From Pseudomonas sp. (GTDB taxonomy: Bacteria > Pseudomonadota > Gammaproteobacteria > Pseudomonadales > Pseudomonadaceae): DNA of 64,000 nt. The notes under the pieces are model-generated. The model saw nothing but the letters and a program-made list of their open reading frames with translations. It was not told where the DNA came from and ran no database searches. Of this stretch, positions 29,241-39,648 are shown one piece after another (position 1 is the first letter of the stretch; each line of letters opens with the position of its first letter). A program made the position numbers and the translations under genes. The stretch is taken from positions 28,664 through 92,663 of the forward strand of contig NZ_JBOICA010000004.1 of assembly GCF_050739775.1 (NCBI RefSeq), in the 5' to 3' direction.

Positions 29241-30833
29241 ATGAATACAAAAGAAAACTACCTGCACGAATTCTTCAGGATCTTCTTCGCCAACCGTCAG
29301 TTGGTCAAAAGGGTGTTCCTGGTTTTCGCAGTGATCGCCTTGTTGTTGCCGCTGGTACTCAAACAGAGCTTCGACATCACCGCTGAAGTGATCGTGCAGT
29401 CGAAGAAGCTGTCCCAGAGCGATACCAACACCGCCCTGGCCCAGGAGGCCGACAAGTTCATTCCACCGTCGCTGGCGGACATGGAAACCGAGAGCAACAT
29501 CCTGCGCTCGCCAACCCTGATCCGCCAGACCATCAGCCAGTTGCGCGACGAAGGCCAGTATGAAGTCGCCCCAGGTCCGCTCCAGCGCCTGCTGTTCGAG
29601 CCGATCCGCACCTGGATCGTCAACCCGTTGCGTGAGCATGTGATCAACCCGCTGCGCGCGCTGTTTGGCCTTGAGGTCGATCCGGTGCGCGATACCCAGC
29701 TCGATGCCTTGACCGACGAAGCGATAAACAACCTCAAGATCGAGACCCTGCCGGGTTCCAACGTGGTCTCGGTGACCTACAGCTTTTCCGACCCGAAACT
29801 GGGTACGCTGTTTGTCAGCCGGCTGCTCGACAACTACCTGCGCAACCGCCAGAACCTGCAGTCCAACGAACTGCCCCAGGAATTCTACGAGCAGAAGAAA
29901 CAGCAATATCAGGTACGCATGGACGACCTGGAAAGCAAGCGCCTGGGGATGCTTGAAGGCATCGGTTCGTCGGATCCGAAGGAAGAAATCACTTTCCGTC
30001 TCAATGCCATCAACACCGAAGAGCAGGCCCTGAACCTGTACCGCGACCGCTTGCTGCAAAGCCAGCAGTGGCTGGAGTACCTCAAGACCAGCCTGGCGTC
30101 GGCCAACAACGCCGGCATGCGCGATTTCGCCTTCCCCTACACCTTCACCACCACCGTCGACAACGCGGCCTTCGAAGACCGCGAGATCAAGCAACTGGGT
30201 GAACAGTTGACCACCCTGGTACTGACCTACGTCAGCGACCTGGCGGTATTCCAGCCCAGCAGCGAGCAGATGCTGCTGCAACGCGAGCAGATCGCCAAGA
30301 CCCGCCAGCAGTTCCTCAAGATCGTCTCCAACCGTATCAAGGAGCGGGAAAAAGACCTGGCCGTGGTCCAGGAGGTGATCGCCCAGAAAACCCGGCGCAT
30401 CGTCGACTTTAAAAGCCGGATCCACCAGTTGCAGCAGACCCAGAGCAAGGCCCGCCAGCTCGACACCGAGATCGACGCCCTGCACAAGGCCTTCTTTACC
30501 TACACCCAACGTTACGAAGAAGCCCGCGGCGAGCAGCTGCTTGCTGGTGACCTGTCCAATGCGCGGGTGCTCAGCGCACCGTACGAGCCTGCCGAAGCGG
30601 CCTTCCCCAAACCCTTGCTGATCGTGCCATTCGGCTTGCTCACCGGGTTGTTGCTGGCCATTGCCCTGGTCTATGTGCGTGAGTTCTTCGACCATCGCTT
30701 CAAGCACCCGGCGCAAATCAGCCAGCAACTGGACCTGCCGGTGCTGCTGGTGATCAACGACCAGACCCCGGAAACCCCCAACCCCTACAAGGGCTGGTCG
30801 CTGCCGCGGCTGGTGCACTGGGTGCGCAATTGA
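29241..30833 (+). CDS. Polysaccharide co-polymerase / chain-length determinant (GumC/Wzc N-terminal domain)
   Basis: Two TM segments flanking a large coiled-coil periplasmic region; P..A.FPK..; no fused kinase domain. Confidence 0.85.
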   Translation: MNTKENYLHEFFRIFFANRQLVKRVFLVFAVIALLLPLVLKQSFDITAEVIVQSKKLSQSDTNTALAQEADKFIPPSLADMETESNILRSPTLIRQTISQLRDEGQYEVAPGPLQRLLFEPIRTWIVNPLREHVINPLRALFGLEVDPVRDTQLDALTDEAINNLKIETLPGSNVVSVTYSFSDPKLGTLFVSRLLDNYLRNRQNLQSNELPQEFYEQKKQQYQVRMDDLESKRLGMLEGIGSSDPKEEITFRLNAINTEEQALNLYRDRLLQSQQWLEYLKTSLASANNAGMRDFAFPYTFTTTVDNAAFEDREIKQLGEQLTTLVLTYVSDLAVFQPSSEQMLLQREQIAKTRQQFLKIVSNRIKEREKDLAVVQEVIAQKTRRIVDFKSRIHQLQQTQSKARQLDTEIDALHKAFFTYTQRYEEARGEQLLAGDLSNARVLSAPYEPAEAAFPKPLLIVPFGLLTGLLLAIALVYVREFFDHRFKHPAQISQQLDLPVLLVINDQTPETPNPYKGWSLPRLVHWVRN

Positions 30834-31915
30834 ACGCAGCCCTGCCCCCACGGCCGATCATCCACCTGCTGAGCAGCGGTGGTTTCTACGGCGCCGAGCG
30901 GATGCTGCTGGACCACTGCCAGGCCACCCCGGGACAGCACCTGGTGCTGTTCCTCGGGGCCCCGGATGACCTGGTGGCGCGCTTTCGCGCCGCCGGCGTG
31001 GACTGCCGCAACTGCGAGGGCCTGGGCCAGTTGTTGACGCAGTTGCGCCAGCGCCATGACCAGCAGCCGCTGCTCAACAGCCACAACTTCAAGGGGCTGG
31101 TGTTTGGCTGGCTGGGCGCCAAGCTCTGGCGCCTGCCGATGGTCGCCACCCAGCATGGCTTTACCCCGAGCAACCGTAAGCAGCGCCTGTATACCTGGCT
31201 GAGCCTGCAGCTTTGCCGTACCGCCACCATCGGCCAGGTGGTCTGCGTGGCCGAGAGCATCAAGCGCATCCTGCGCCAGGCCGGTGTCGCCGAACGCAAA
31301 CTGCAGGTGATCCCCAATGGTTTGCCCGAAGCCATCGCCCTGCCCGAGCACAGCCATGGCCACGGGCGTTGGCTGGCCGGTTACGTCGGGCGCCTGAGCC
31401 AGGAGAAAGGCCCGGACCTGTTTCTCGACAGCCTGATCCCCCTGTGCCAGCGTCATCCGCAACTGGATGCGGTGATGCTCGGCGATGGCCCGGAGCGTGA
31501 AGTATTGCAAGCACGCATCGATGCCGCCGGGCTGGGTCAACGCATTCGCCTGCCGGGCTTTCAGCACGACATGCGCCAATGGATGGCACGCCTGGATGCC
31601 CTGGTGATCAGCTCGCGCACCGAAGGCACGCCGATGATTTTGCTTGAAGCCATGCAGGATGGCGTACCGGTGGTGGCCTTTGACGTCGGCGGTATTCCTG
31701 ATGTCATCGAACACGGCCGCAGCGGCCTGCTGGCCCGGCCCCTGGCGGTGGATGAACTGGCCGCACAGCTTGAGGCGCTGATACTCGATCCGGCCCAGGC
31801 CGACGAGCTGATCGCCCAGGCCCGGCGCACTCAACGCGAACGTTATCACCTGCCGACGCTGGCACAACGCTGGGCCCGGGTTTACCTGGGCGCGGCCACG
31901 GAGACCTGCGCATGA
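30830..31915 (+). CDS. Glycosyltransferase family 4
   Basis: GGFYGAER, GRLSQEKG, SRTEGTPMILLEAM..G.P.VA.DVGG. Confidence 0.92.
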   Translation: MNAALPPRPIIHLLSSGGFYGAERMLLDHCQATPGQHLVLFLGAPDDLVARFRAAGVDCRNCEGLGQLLTQLRQRHDQQPLLNSHNFKGLVFGWLGAKLWRLPMVATQHGFTPSNRKQRLYTWLSLQLCRTATIGQVVCVAESIKRILRQAGVAERKLQVIPNGLPEAIALPEHSHGHGRWLAGYVGRLSQEKGPDLFLDSLIPLCQRHPQLDAVMLGDGPEREVLQARIDAAGLGQRIRLPGFQHDMRQWMARLDALVISSRTEGTPMILLEAMQDGVPVVAFDVGGIPDVIEHGRSGLLARPLAVDELAAQLEALILDPAQADELIAQARRTQRERYHLPTLAQRWARVYLGAATETCA

Positions 31916-33282
31916 TCATCCCCCTGTCCCTGATCGGTCTGTTGGCAATCGTCAGCCTGGCCCTGCTGGCCAGCCCCTATCCTTTCCTGGCACCCGGTGC
32001 GGTGATTGGCCTGGCTGGCCTGCTGGCGCTGTACCGGCGGCCGGCCTGGGGACTGCTGGCGATCATCACCCTGGTACCGCTTGAAGGCCTGTTCAAGGAC
32101 ACTGAACTGTCGGCGGTTAAACTGATCGGTGCCGCCCTGGCCCTGGTGCTGTTGCTGCAACTGGCGGCAGGGCAACTGCCCGGCGAGCGTCTGCGCAGCT
32201 CCATGTGGCGTTTGCTGCTGGGCTTTTTGGCCCTGTACCTGCTGAGCTTCCTGGCCAGCGAAAGCAGCGAGATGTCCCTCGGCCATTTCCGTGAACTGGC
32301 GGTGGGCCTGCTGCTGTTCGCCATCACCTTGCTGGTCGGTCGCGAGCTGAACCTGCCGATGATGTGCCGCCTGGTGACCCTGAGCGTCGGCGTGACCTGC
32401 GTGATGGCGATGCTCTCCAGCAAGTACCAGGACGAGGGCCGCGCCGCGGGCCTGCTCACCGACCCCAACCTGTTCGCCATGCTCATCGCCATCGCCGTGC
32501 CCATGGCGTTGTGGCTGGTGCTCAAGAGCCCGAACCGGCTGCAGCGTTTGTTCTGGATTGCCTGCTGCATCCTGTTGCTGGCTGGCATGACCAAAACCAA
32601 CTCGCGTTCGGGACTGGTGGTACTGCTGATCAGCCTGGTGATCGCCCTGGTTCACTACCGCGGCCAGCTCGGTCGCCTGCGTCCGCGGCACCTGGGCTTT
32701 GCCATGCTCGGCCTGGCGATCCTGCTGCCGCTGACCGTTGCACTGATGCCGGACGCCTACATTGAGCGGATCCAGACGCTGTCGGCGCTTAAATCCGGAG
32801 TCAACGCCCACAAGGACGAATCCCTGGGGCGGCGCTCCTCCTACATCGTGGTCGGCAGCAAGATGATCCGCGAGCACCCGCTGATTGGCACGGGTCCCGG
32901 TACCTTCCCCCTGCACTACGCCACCACCGGGTATGCCAAGGCATTCTCCTCAAACAAAAAAATCGGCGACCTGTATCGGCGGGCGCACAACACCTACCTG
33001 GAAATCTTCAGTGAGGTCGGCGTACCAGCCGGCCTGTTGTTCACAGGCTTGATCGTCTTGGCCTTGTACAACTTCTGGTACGCGCGCCGGCTATGGCAGC
33101 AACAAGGCGATCACGACCAGGCCGACCTGCTCACCCATTTGTGCATGAGCATGCTTGCCATTGGCTTGTTCCTGATGTTCCTGAGCGCGCCGAACCAAAA
33201 ATACGTGTGGATCATGCTGGCGCTGTCCAGCGTACTGCGCCTTAAAGCAGAGCAAGCCCGGTTGCCGCAGGTGGCGGCATGA
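31912..33282 (+). CDS. wzy: Wzy polymerase / O-antigen-ligase family membrane protein
   Basis: Polytopic; DPNLFA, TNSRSG, HPLIGTGPG, AHNTYLE. Confidence 0.75.
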   Translation: MIIPLSLIGLLAIVSLALLASPYPFLAPGAVIGLAGLLALYRRPAWGLLAIITLVPLEGLFKDTELSAVKLIGAALALVLLLQLAAGQLPGERLRSSMWRLLLGFLALYLLSFLASESSEMSLGHFRELAVGLLLFAITLLVGRELNLPMMCRLVTLSVGVTCVMAMLSSKYQDEGRAAGLLTDPNLFAMLIAIAVPMALWLVLKSPNRLQRLFWIACCILLLAGMTKTNSRSGLVVLLISLVIALVHYRGQLGRLRPRHLGFAMLGLAILLPLTVALMPDAYIERIQTLSALKSGVNAHKDESLGRRSSYIVVGSKMIREHPLIGTGPGTFPLHYATTGYAKAFSSNKKIGDLYRRAHNTYLEIFSEVGVPAGLLFTGLIVLALYNFWYARRLWQQQGDHDQADLLTHLCMSMLAIGLFLMFLSAPNQKYVWIMLALSSVLRLKAEQARLPQVAA

Positions 33283-34244
33283 CCCAGGTCAGCATCGTGG
33301 TACCAATGTTCAACGAGGCCCGGCATATCGCTCGAACCTTGCAATCGGCCCGACGTGCCGCCGAGTTTGCCGGGCTCGACTGCGAGCTGGTGGTGGTCGA
33401 TAACGGCTCCAGCGATGACGGTCCGCAGATCGCCCGCAGCCTTGGCGCCCGGGTGTTGAGCCTGCCGGGGCTGACCATCGGCGCCTTGCGCAATCGCGGC
33501 GTGCAGGCCAGCGAGGGGGAATGGCTGGCCTTTCTCGATGCCGATATCGAAGTGCCGGAGCATTGGCTGCGCGTGCTCCTGGACCTGCATGAGCAGGCCC
33601 GCGGCGATGTCTTTGCCCTGGATTGCGACACCCCGCGCCAGGCGTCCTGGTTCGCCCAGGCCTGGCAGCGCCGCACCCTGCGCGCCGGTCCCGTGCTACA
33701 CAGCACGCAGTGGCTGCCGACACCCAACCTGCTGATGCGCCGCCACTGGTTCGACCAGGTCGGCGGTTTCAGCGATACCCTGCGCACCGGTGAAGACAAA
33801 GACTTCACCTTGCGCCTGAGCCAGGTGGGTGCGCGCCTGCTGGCCCTGCGTACACCGGTGGTACTGCACTGGGGCTTCGAAGGCAGCTGGGGCGAATGGC
33901 TGGGCAAGGAACTCTGGCGTCAGGGCAGCAACCTGCAACTGCTGCGCGACAACGGCGTAAGCCTGCGCTTGCTGCGTTTTCCGCTGCTGTCCATCGGCGC
34001 CTGGGTGCTCGACGCCATGGCTTTGTCGGCCTTGCTCGACGGTTTCCCGCACCTGGCGTTACTCATGCTGTTCATCGCCAGTCTGCCGGCCTTGGCCTTG
34101 AGCCTGCGGCAAAGCCTGAAACACCGCGACCTGCTGTTCGTCCTGCAACTCTGGGGCTTGCACTGGATCCGCCTGCACCTGGCCGGAGCGGCCTTCGTGC
34201 TCAGCCTGTTCAACTGGAACGCAAGGAGGCCCGCCCGTGGCTGA
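33279..34244 (+). CDS. Glycosyltransferase family 2
   Basis: SIVVPMFNE, VVDNGSSD, FLDAD, GED.D. Confidence 0.92.
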   Translation: MTQVSIVVPMFNEARHIARTLQSARRAAEFAGLDCELVVVDNGSSDDGPQIARSLGARVLSLPGLTIGALRNRGVQASEGEWLAFLDADIEVPEHWLRVLLDLHEQARGDVFALDCDTPRQASWFAQAWQRRTLRAGPVLHSTQWLPTPNLLMRRHWFDQVGGFSDTLRTGEDKDFTLRLSQVGARLLALRTPVVLHWGFEGSWGEWLGKELWRQGSNLQLLRDNGVSLRLLRFPLLSIGAWVLDAMALSALLDGFPHLALLMLFIASLPALALSLRQSLKHRDLLFVLQLWGLHWIRLHLAGAAFVLSLFNWNARRPARG

Positions 34245-35373
34245 ATTCATCTTTTGGCTGTGTCTGTTGCTGCCCTTCTATGCCTGGCTTGGCTACCCCT
34301 TGCTGCTTACCGTTGCTGGGCCGTTTTTTCCTCGGCACACGCCAGCCCCCTTGCCACCGCAACAGCTCAGCGTGGTGGTCGCCGCGCACAATGAGGAACG
34401 GCATATCGAGCACAAGCTGCACAACTTGCTGACTCAGGATTATCAAGCTGCCCGTTTGCAGATCATCGTCGCCAGCGACGGTTCGACCGATCGCACCGTC
34501 GCCCTGGCACGCCACTTCGACGACCCACGCATCCTGGTCCTCGACCTGCCGCGCCAGGGCAAGAACAGTGTGCTCAACGCCGCTGTCAGTCACTGCACGG
34601 GGGATGTCCTGGTGTTCACCGATGCCGATGTGCATTGGCTCGACGGCACCTTGGCCGTGCTGTTGGCGCCCTTTGCCGACCCTGAAGTCGGCGGCACCGT
34701 CGGCAACATGATCATCCCCGTCGCGGGCAAGGGCCTGAGCCTGGGCGAAAGCCTGTACCGCCACTACGAGGCCTGGCTGCGCCGGCTGGAAAGTCGCACC
34801 GGATGCACGGTTTCGGCCGACGGTGCCCTGCAGGCCGTGCGCCGCGAGCTGTACCAAGCGATTCCAGCACAGGTCAACGACGACTTCTTTATCAACACCA
34901 GCGCCCCGGTTGCTGGCAAGCGTGTCGTCTATGTCGATGAGGCCAAGGTTGTGGATCAAGGCGTTGACGAGGCTCAGAGACAGTTCAGCCGCCGTCAGCG
35001 CGTCACCGTCGGCGGCCTGATCAGCCTCACTGCGCGCCGTGAGTTGCTCAACCCGATGCGTCATGGCCTGTACGCCATCGCCCTGATCAGCCACAAGCTG
35101 ATCCGGCGTCTGGCTCCGCTGCTGCTGTTGCCCTTGCTGCTGGCCAACCTCTGGCTGCTCGATGACCACGTCTTCTACCGCTTGTCCCTGGTCGCCCAGT
35201 TGCTCGGCTACGCCATTGCCGTCGCAGGTCTGCTGGATGTGCGTCAGCGCTTGCCCAAGCCGTTTCGCCTCGCCGCGTTCGTGTTGGTGACCCTGGCGGG
35301 CATGAGCGTCGGGCTGTGGCAATTTTTGCGTGGGCACAGCTACAACCAATGGAACCCCGACCAGACCCGATGA
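34237..35373 (+). CDS. Glycosyltransferase family 2 with TM segments (CESA-like group)
   Basis: GTG start; SVVVAAHNEE, ASDGSTD, FTDAD, NDDF, RRQR. Confidence 0.9.
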   Translation: MAEFIFWLCLLLPFYAWLGYPLLLTVAGPFFPRHTPAPLPPQQLSVVVAAHNEERHIEHKLHNLLTQDYQAARLQIIVASDGSTDRTVALARHFDDPRILVLDLPRQGKNSVLNAAVSHCTGDVLVFTDADVHWLDGTLAVLLAPFADPEVGGTVGNMIIPVAGKGLSLGESLYRHYEAWLRRLESRTGCTVSADGALQAVRRELYQAIPAQVNDDFFINTSAPVAGKRVVYVDEAKVVDQGVDEAQRQFSRRQRVTVGGLISLTARRELLNPMRHGLYAIALISHKLIRRLAPLLLLPLLLANLWLLDDHVFYRLSLVAQLLGYAIAVAGLLDVRQRLPKPFRLAAFVLVTLAGMSVGLWQFLRGHSYNQWNPDQTR

Positions 35374-35382
35374 GTGCCTGAC

Positions 35383-36393
35383 ATGCCGATCAAGACCAGT
35401 CTCAAGCGTGCCAGTGGTTGGCTGTACCTCAACTCACCCAAGGGTCGCAGCCAATTGCGCGGCGCCGGAGTGATCCTGATGTTACACCGGGTGCTGGCCG
35501 ACGACAGCAGCGCGGCCCTGCCCCATCGCAATGAACTGTGCGTCGGCCCCGAGGCCTTCGAGCGCCTGCTGCGCTGGCTGCAACGCCACTTTGACTGCGT
35601 GCACCTGATGGACCTGCTCAAAACCCACGAACACCCAAGAAGCAGCAGCCGTCCCAAGGTTGCCTTGACCTTCGATGACGGCTGGCGTGACAACGCCCTG
35701 CATGCCTTCCCGCTGTTGCAGCAGTACCAGGTGCCGGCGAGCATCTTCCTCTCCACCGATTTCATCGGCAGCCGCCAGCGCTTCTGGTGGGAAAGCCTGG
35801 GCGAAACGCTCTGGGGCAGCCATGGTGAAGCACCACGCCGGGTACTGATCGAGCAACTGCGCAAAATCGGCAGGCCGCTGCCCGCCGCCTACTTCATGAA
35901 CGAGCGGCCGCATGCCCGCAGCCAAGTGCTGGCCAAGTACCTGCAAAGCCTCAAGACCCTCAGCCCCCAGGCCCTGCATCTGCTCACCGATGCCTGCCCG
36001 AACGAATCCCTGCCCCAGGCCCTGGACTGGAACCAGGTGCGCCATCTGGAGAGTTCCGGGCTGATCAGTTTCGGCCCCCATGGCGCCAGCCACGCGCTGT
36101 TGCCGGGTCTCGACGACCAGCGCCTGGAAGAAGAGCTGAGCCGCAGCCACTATGCCCTGCAACAAGGCTGCAAGCAGCCGCTGCCGGTGTACTGCTATCC
36201 CAATGGCGACCATGACGCGCGAGTGCGCGAGCGTCTGGCGGCCCATCGCTACCCGTTCGCCCTGAGCACCCGTGCCGGCATCTGCCAAGGCTGTGACGAC
36301 CCGCTGGCGCTGCCGCGCATCGGCGTCAGCCAGCGCAACGCCAGCCGGCCCTCGCTGCTGGCCTGGCGCATCAGCCGCGGAGGCCGCTCATGA
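35383..36393 (+). CDS. Polysaccharide deacetylase (CE4/NodB-like)
   Basis: LMLHRV, LTFDDGWRDN, HGASH, YCYPNG. Start may be GTG 35374. Confidence 0.88.
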   Translation: MPIKTSLKRASGWLYLNSPKGRSQLRGAGVILMLHRVLADDSSAALPHRNELCVGPEAFERLLRWLQRHFDCVHLMDLLKTHEHPRSSSRPKVALTFDDGWRDNALHAFPLLQQYQVPASIFLSTDFIGSRQRFWWESLGETLWGSHGEAPRRVLIEQLRKIGRPLPAAYFMNERPHARSQVLAKYLQSLKTLSPQALHLLTDACPNESLPQALDWNQVRHLESSGLISFGPHGASHALLPGLDDQRLEEELSRSHYALQQGCKQPLPVYCYPNGDHDARVRERLAAHRYPFALSTRAGICQGCDDPLALPRIGVSQRNASRPSLLAWRISRGGRS

Positions 36394-37694
36394 GCCGCAA
36401 CCACTATATGCGCCATCTGCTGCTGAGCATGGGCACGCGCCTGGCGATGATCGCCCTGCGCCTGTTGCGCAACGTTCTGCTGGCGCGCATCCTCGGTCCC
36501 AGCGAGCGCGGCCTGTTCGCCCTGCTCAGTACCCTGCCCGACCTGATCAGTGCCGCCACCAGTGGCGGCTTGAACACCGCGGTCGGCTATCAGGCCGCCA
36601 AGCAACGCTCCATGGGCCTGCTGCTGAGCCAGGTACTGATTTTCGGATGCCTGGTGGCCGGGGCCTTGACCCTGGTCTGCGTGGCCCTGGCCCGGGAGTT
36701 CGGCAGCGAACTGGAAGTGACCAGCCAACTGGGTTTACTGGCTTGGTTGCTGCTGTTGGCCGTGCCACTGACGGTGCTCAAAAGCGGCCTGCTGACCCTG
36801 CACAACGCCAGCGGCGGTGTGGGTGCCTTCAATGCCCTGCGCCTGAGCGAATCGCTGGCACCGCTGCTGCTGTTTCTCGGGCTGTTCTGGATGTGGCAGC
36901 ACGCGGCGCTGGAAGCGGCGCTGATCAGTTGGCTACTGGGCCTGAGCCTGGTGGTAGTGCTCGGTTTGTTCTGGCTCGGCCGCCAGCACTCGATCCGCCT
37001 GTGCTGGGACCGCAGCGGCCAACGCGAACTGCTCGCCTATAGCGCCAAGAGCCACCCGGACCTGCTGTTTCAACAGCTGATCCTGCGCTCGAACTACCTG
37101 TTCATCAGTGCCATGCTCGGCAGCACGGCGCTGGGCCATTACGCCATGGCCAGCGCCGCCGCCGAACTGCTGCTGATCGTCCCCGAGGCAGTGACCACGC
37201 CGTTGATGAAGCGCCTGCTGCAGCAGGACGCCGGCATGGACAAAATCACCCCCCTGGCCTTACGCCTGACCGCCACGGTAATGCTTGGCGCCTGCCTGAG
37301 CATGGCGCTGATCGGCGAATGGCTGATCGTTACCCTGTTCGGTGCTGAATACCAACCGGCTTATCCGGCGCTGCTGGCCTTGCTGCCGGGGCTGTTCGGC
37401 CTGTGCTATGCGAGCATCCTGCGCCTGGACCTGCTGGGCAAGAACCGTCCCGGCACGGTGTCTTTGATGATGGGTATCGGCGCCGCGCTGAACCTGCTGC
37501 TCAACATCGTGCTGATTCCAGCTTACGGCATCGTCGGCGCAGCCATGGCCTCGTCCATCGTCTACCTGCTGGTGACCCTGGCGATGCTGCTGCTCTACTG
37601 CAAACTCAGCGGCGTACCGCTGTGGCAGACCCTGCTGGTGCTGCCCAGCGACCTGGCGCCACTGCGTCAGATGCTGCAACGGCGGCCGGCATGA
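36390..37694 (+). CDS. wzx: Oligosaccharide flippase (Wzx/MOP family)
   Basis: About 12 TM; ARILGPSERG, LIPAYGIVGAAMAS. Confidence 0.85.
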   Translation: MSRNHYMRHLLLSMGTRLAMIALRLLRNVLLARILGPSERGLFALLSTLPDLISAATSGGLNTAVGYQAAKQRSMGLLLSQVLIFGCLVAGALTLVCVALAREFGSELEVTSQLGLLAWLLLLAVPLTVLKSGLLTLHNASGGVGAFNALRLSESLAPLLLFLGLFWMWQHAALEAALISWLLGLSLVVVLGLFWLGRQHSIRLCWDRSGQRELLAYSAKSHPDLLFQQLILRSNYLFISAMLGSTALGHYAMASAAAELLLIVPEAVTTPLMKRLLQQDAGMDKITPLALRLTATVMLGACLSMALIGEWLIVTLFGAEYQPAYPALLALLPGLFGLCYASILRLDLLGKNRPGTVSLMMGIGAALNLLLNIVLIPAYGIVGAAMASSIVYLLVTLAMLLLYCKLSGVPLWQTLLVLPSDLAPLRQMLQRRPA

Positions 37695-37788
37695 TGCGTC
37701 CTTTTTCAACTGCCAGGGCAGACGCTGTTGGCCCTGACCTGGAGCGCTTGATAACAGCGCACCTCACCTGCCATAAACAGGAGGCACC

Positions 37789-38478
37789 ATGAGTGCTTTG
37801 AGCAAAATCCAGGACCGCATCAAGCGCAAGGGACTGCGCAATACCCTCGCGAGCGCCTACAAGCGCTTTGTCTTCTACCGTTGGCAATTGTTGTGGATGG
37901 AGCGCGACCTGGTCTCGCCCGTGCCGCCGTACCGCCTCAGACCCTATGCGCCACTGCGCGTGGAAACCATCACGGTGGACAACGCCACAGCCTTCGCCCG
38001 GCATTTCGGTGACCGCGTCGAGACCATGCGCGAGCTGGCTGCCGAGGGCCATACCGGGCTGATGTTCCTTGACGATGACGAGGATGCGGTGGCCTTCATC
38101 TGGGGCAGCAAGCGCAACTACCACGACCGCCACTTCTATGGCTGCTGGTTCCCGGTCGGGCCCGGCGAGTTCTTTGAGTTCGGCGGCGAGATGATCCGCA
38201 AGTACTGGGGCACCGAGCTGTCGGTGGACGTGCAGTTGGAGCTGTGGAAAGCCATGGCTGCCCAGGGCTGCGACAAGGTGGTGGACGTGTGCGAGCAGCA
38301 CAACATCCCGGCGCTGAAACTGCACCTGCGCATGGGATACAAGGAACAAGGACGGATCATGAACCTGTACTGCCTGTTCGGTCGCTGGAAGTTCTTCCGC
38401 GAGACCCGCTACAGCGAGTCGCGCCTTGAGCCGCTGCGCAAGCCCGAGCGGGAAACCGCCCCGGCCACGGTGTCCTGA
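37789..38478 (+). CDS. GNAT-fold protein of EPS loci
   Basis: Strong RBS (AGGAGG); C-terminal NIPALKLHLRMGY resembles GNAT motif B. Confidence 0.65.
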   Translation: MSALSKIQDRIKRKGLRNTLASAYKRFVFYRWQLLWMERDLVSPVPPYRLRPYAPLRVETITVDNATAFARHFGDRVETMRELAAEGHTGLMFLDDDEDAVAFIWGSKRNYHDRHFYGCWFPVGPGEFFEFGGEMIRKYWGTELSVDVQLELWKAMAAQGCDKVVDVCEQHNIPALKLHLRMGYKEQGRIMNLYCLFGRWKFFRETRYSESRLEPLRKPERETAPATVS

Positions 38479-38481
38479 GGC

Positions 38482-39648
38482 TTGGGCCTGCGCTTGAGCT
38501 GGTGCGCCTCGCTGCGCACCCACGACTTTCCCGCTGCCGACTACGAGGCGCTGCGCCAGCGCCTGGCCGCCAACACACCGTTCAACCATCTGGGCTGGTT
38601 GCGCGCCGCCGAGGCTGCCCTGCAACCGGGGCAGTTGCTCCAGGTGTTGCTCGGCCACCAGGACGGCAAGCTGTGCCTGTGCCTGCCGTTGGTACGCGAG
38701 CGCGAGGCTTTTGGCCCGCTGGGCCTGCTAGTGGTGCGCCACCTCGGCCATCCGCTGAGCGACCGTATCGCCCTGCTGATCGACCTGCCACCGAGCGCCG
38801 CCGCCAAGGTGCTGCGCACGATTCGACGTGACCTGCCCCATGCCCTGCTGCAGTTGAGCGAAGTACCCGACGACGTGGCGGGTGATGGCTGGCTGCGGCG
38901 CTGGGCCCGTCGCAGCTCAACCTTCGAGCGGCGTCTGACCTGCAGCGTGCCAGTCCATCGCATCACCGACGCCGACCGCCAGGAAGTCAGCGGCGACCCA
39001 CGCTACAAACTACGCCGCGCGCGCAAGCGCATCGCCGCCTGTGGCGCACAGGTGCGGCGGGTCATGGCTACGCCCGAGAACATCGAGTCATTGCTGGATG
39101 CGGTCAGCGCCGTCGAGGCGGCCAGCTGGAAAGGCGACGACGAAGTTGGCATCTTCTCCGGCGAGCAGCGCCGCCAGTGGATGTACCAGGCCTTCACCGC
39201 CCTGGCAGCTCAAGGCCTGGTGTGCCTGGTGCTGTTGGAGCTCGACGGCCGCTGCATCAGCTACCGCCTGGGCCTGCTGGAACGTGGCCGGGTCTACGAC
39301 TACAACCTGGCCTTCGAGCCTGCCTATCGCGATCTGGGCAGCGGCCGGGTGCTGCTTGAAGCACTCATCCATTGGGGCCTGGACGAGGGCTGGGAGTGGA
39401 TCGATGCCTCCCGCGTCAGCCTGGAAAACTCCAGCCACCAGCTTCACGAACGCATGACCGATCACATCGAACAATGGCGCCTGAGCTGCTACAGCTGGCG
39501 CCTCGACGGCATCGTCCTGGGCCTGGCCCTGCGTTGCTGGCAGTGGCTCAAGCCACGCCTGCGCAAGCGCCAGACCGCCCTGCCAGATGCCACCGCGAAC
39601 TCACCACAGGAGAGCCCGAATGCCATCCCAGGTCATAGTCAACGCTGA
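38482..39648 (+). CDS. GNAT (Acetyltransf_6, CelD/BcsL/FemAB-like) protein
   Basis: TTG start; PFNHLGW, SWKG, YNLAFEPAY..LGSG..LL. Confidence 0.75.
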   Translation: MGLRLSWCASLRTHDFPAADYEALRQRLAANTPFNHLGWLRAAEAALQPGQLLQVLLGHQDGKLCLCLPLVREREAFGPLGLLVVRHLGHPLSDRIALLIDLPPSAAAKVLRTIRRDLPHALLQLSEVPDDVAGDGWLRRWARRSSTFERRLTCSVPVHRITDADRQEVSGDPRYKLRRARKRIAACGAQVRRVMATPENIESLLDAVSAVEAASWKGDDEVGIFSGEQRRQWMYQAFTALAAQGLVCLVLLELDGRCISYRLGLLERGRVYDYNLAFEPAYRDLGSGRVLLEALIHWGLDEGWEWIDASRVSLENSSHQLHERMTDHIEQWRLSCYSWRLDGIVLGLALRCWQWLKPRLRKRQTALPDATANSPQESPNAIPGHSQR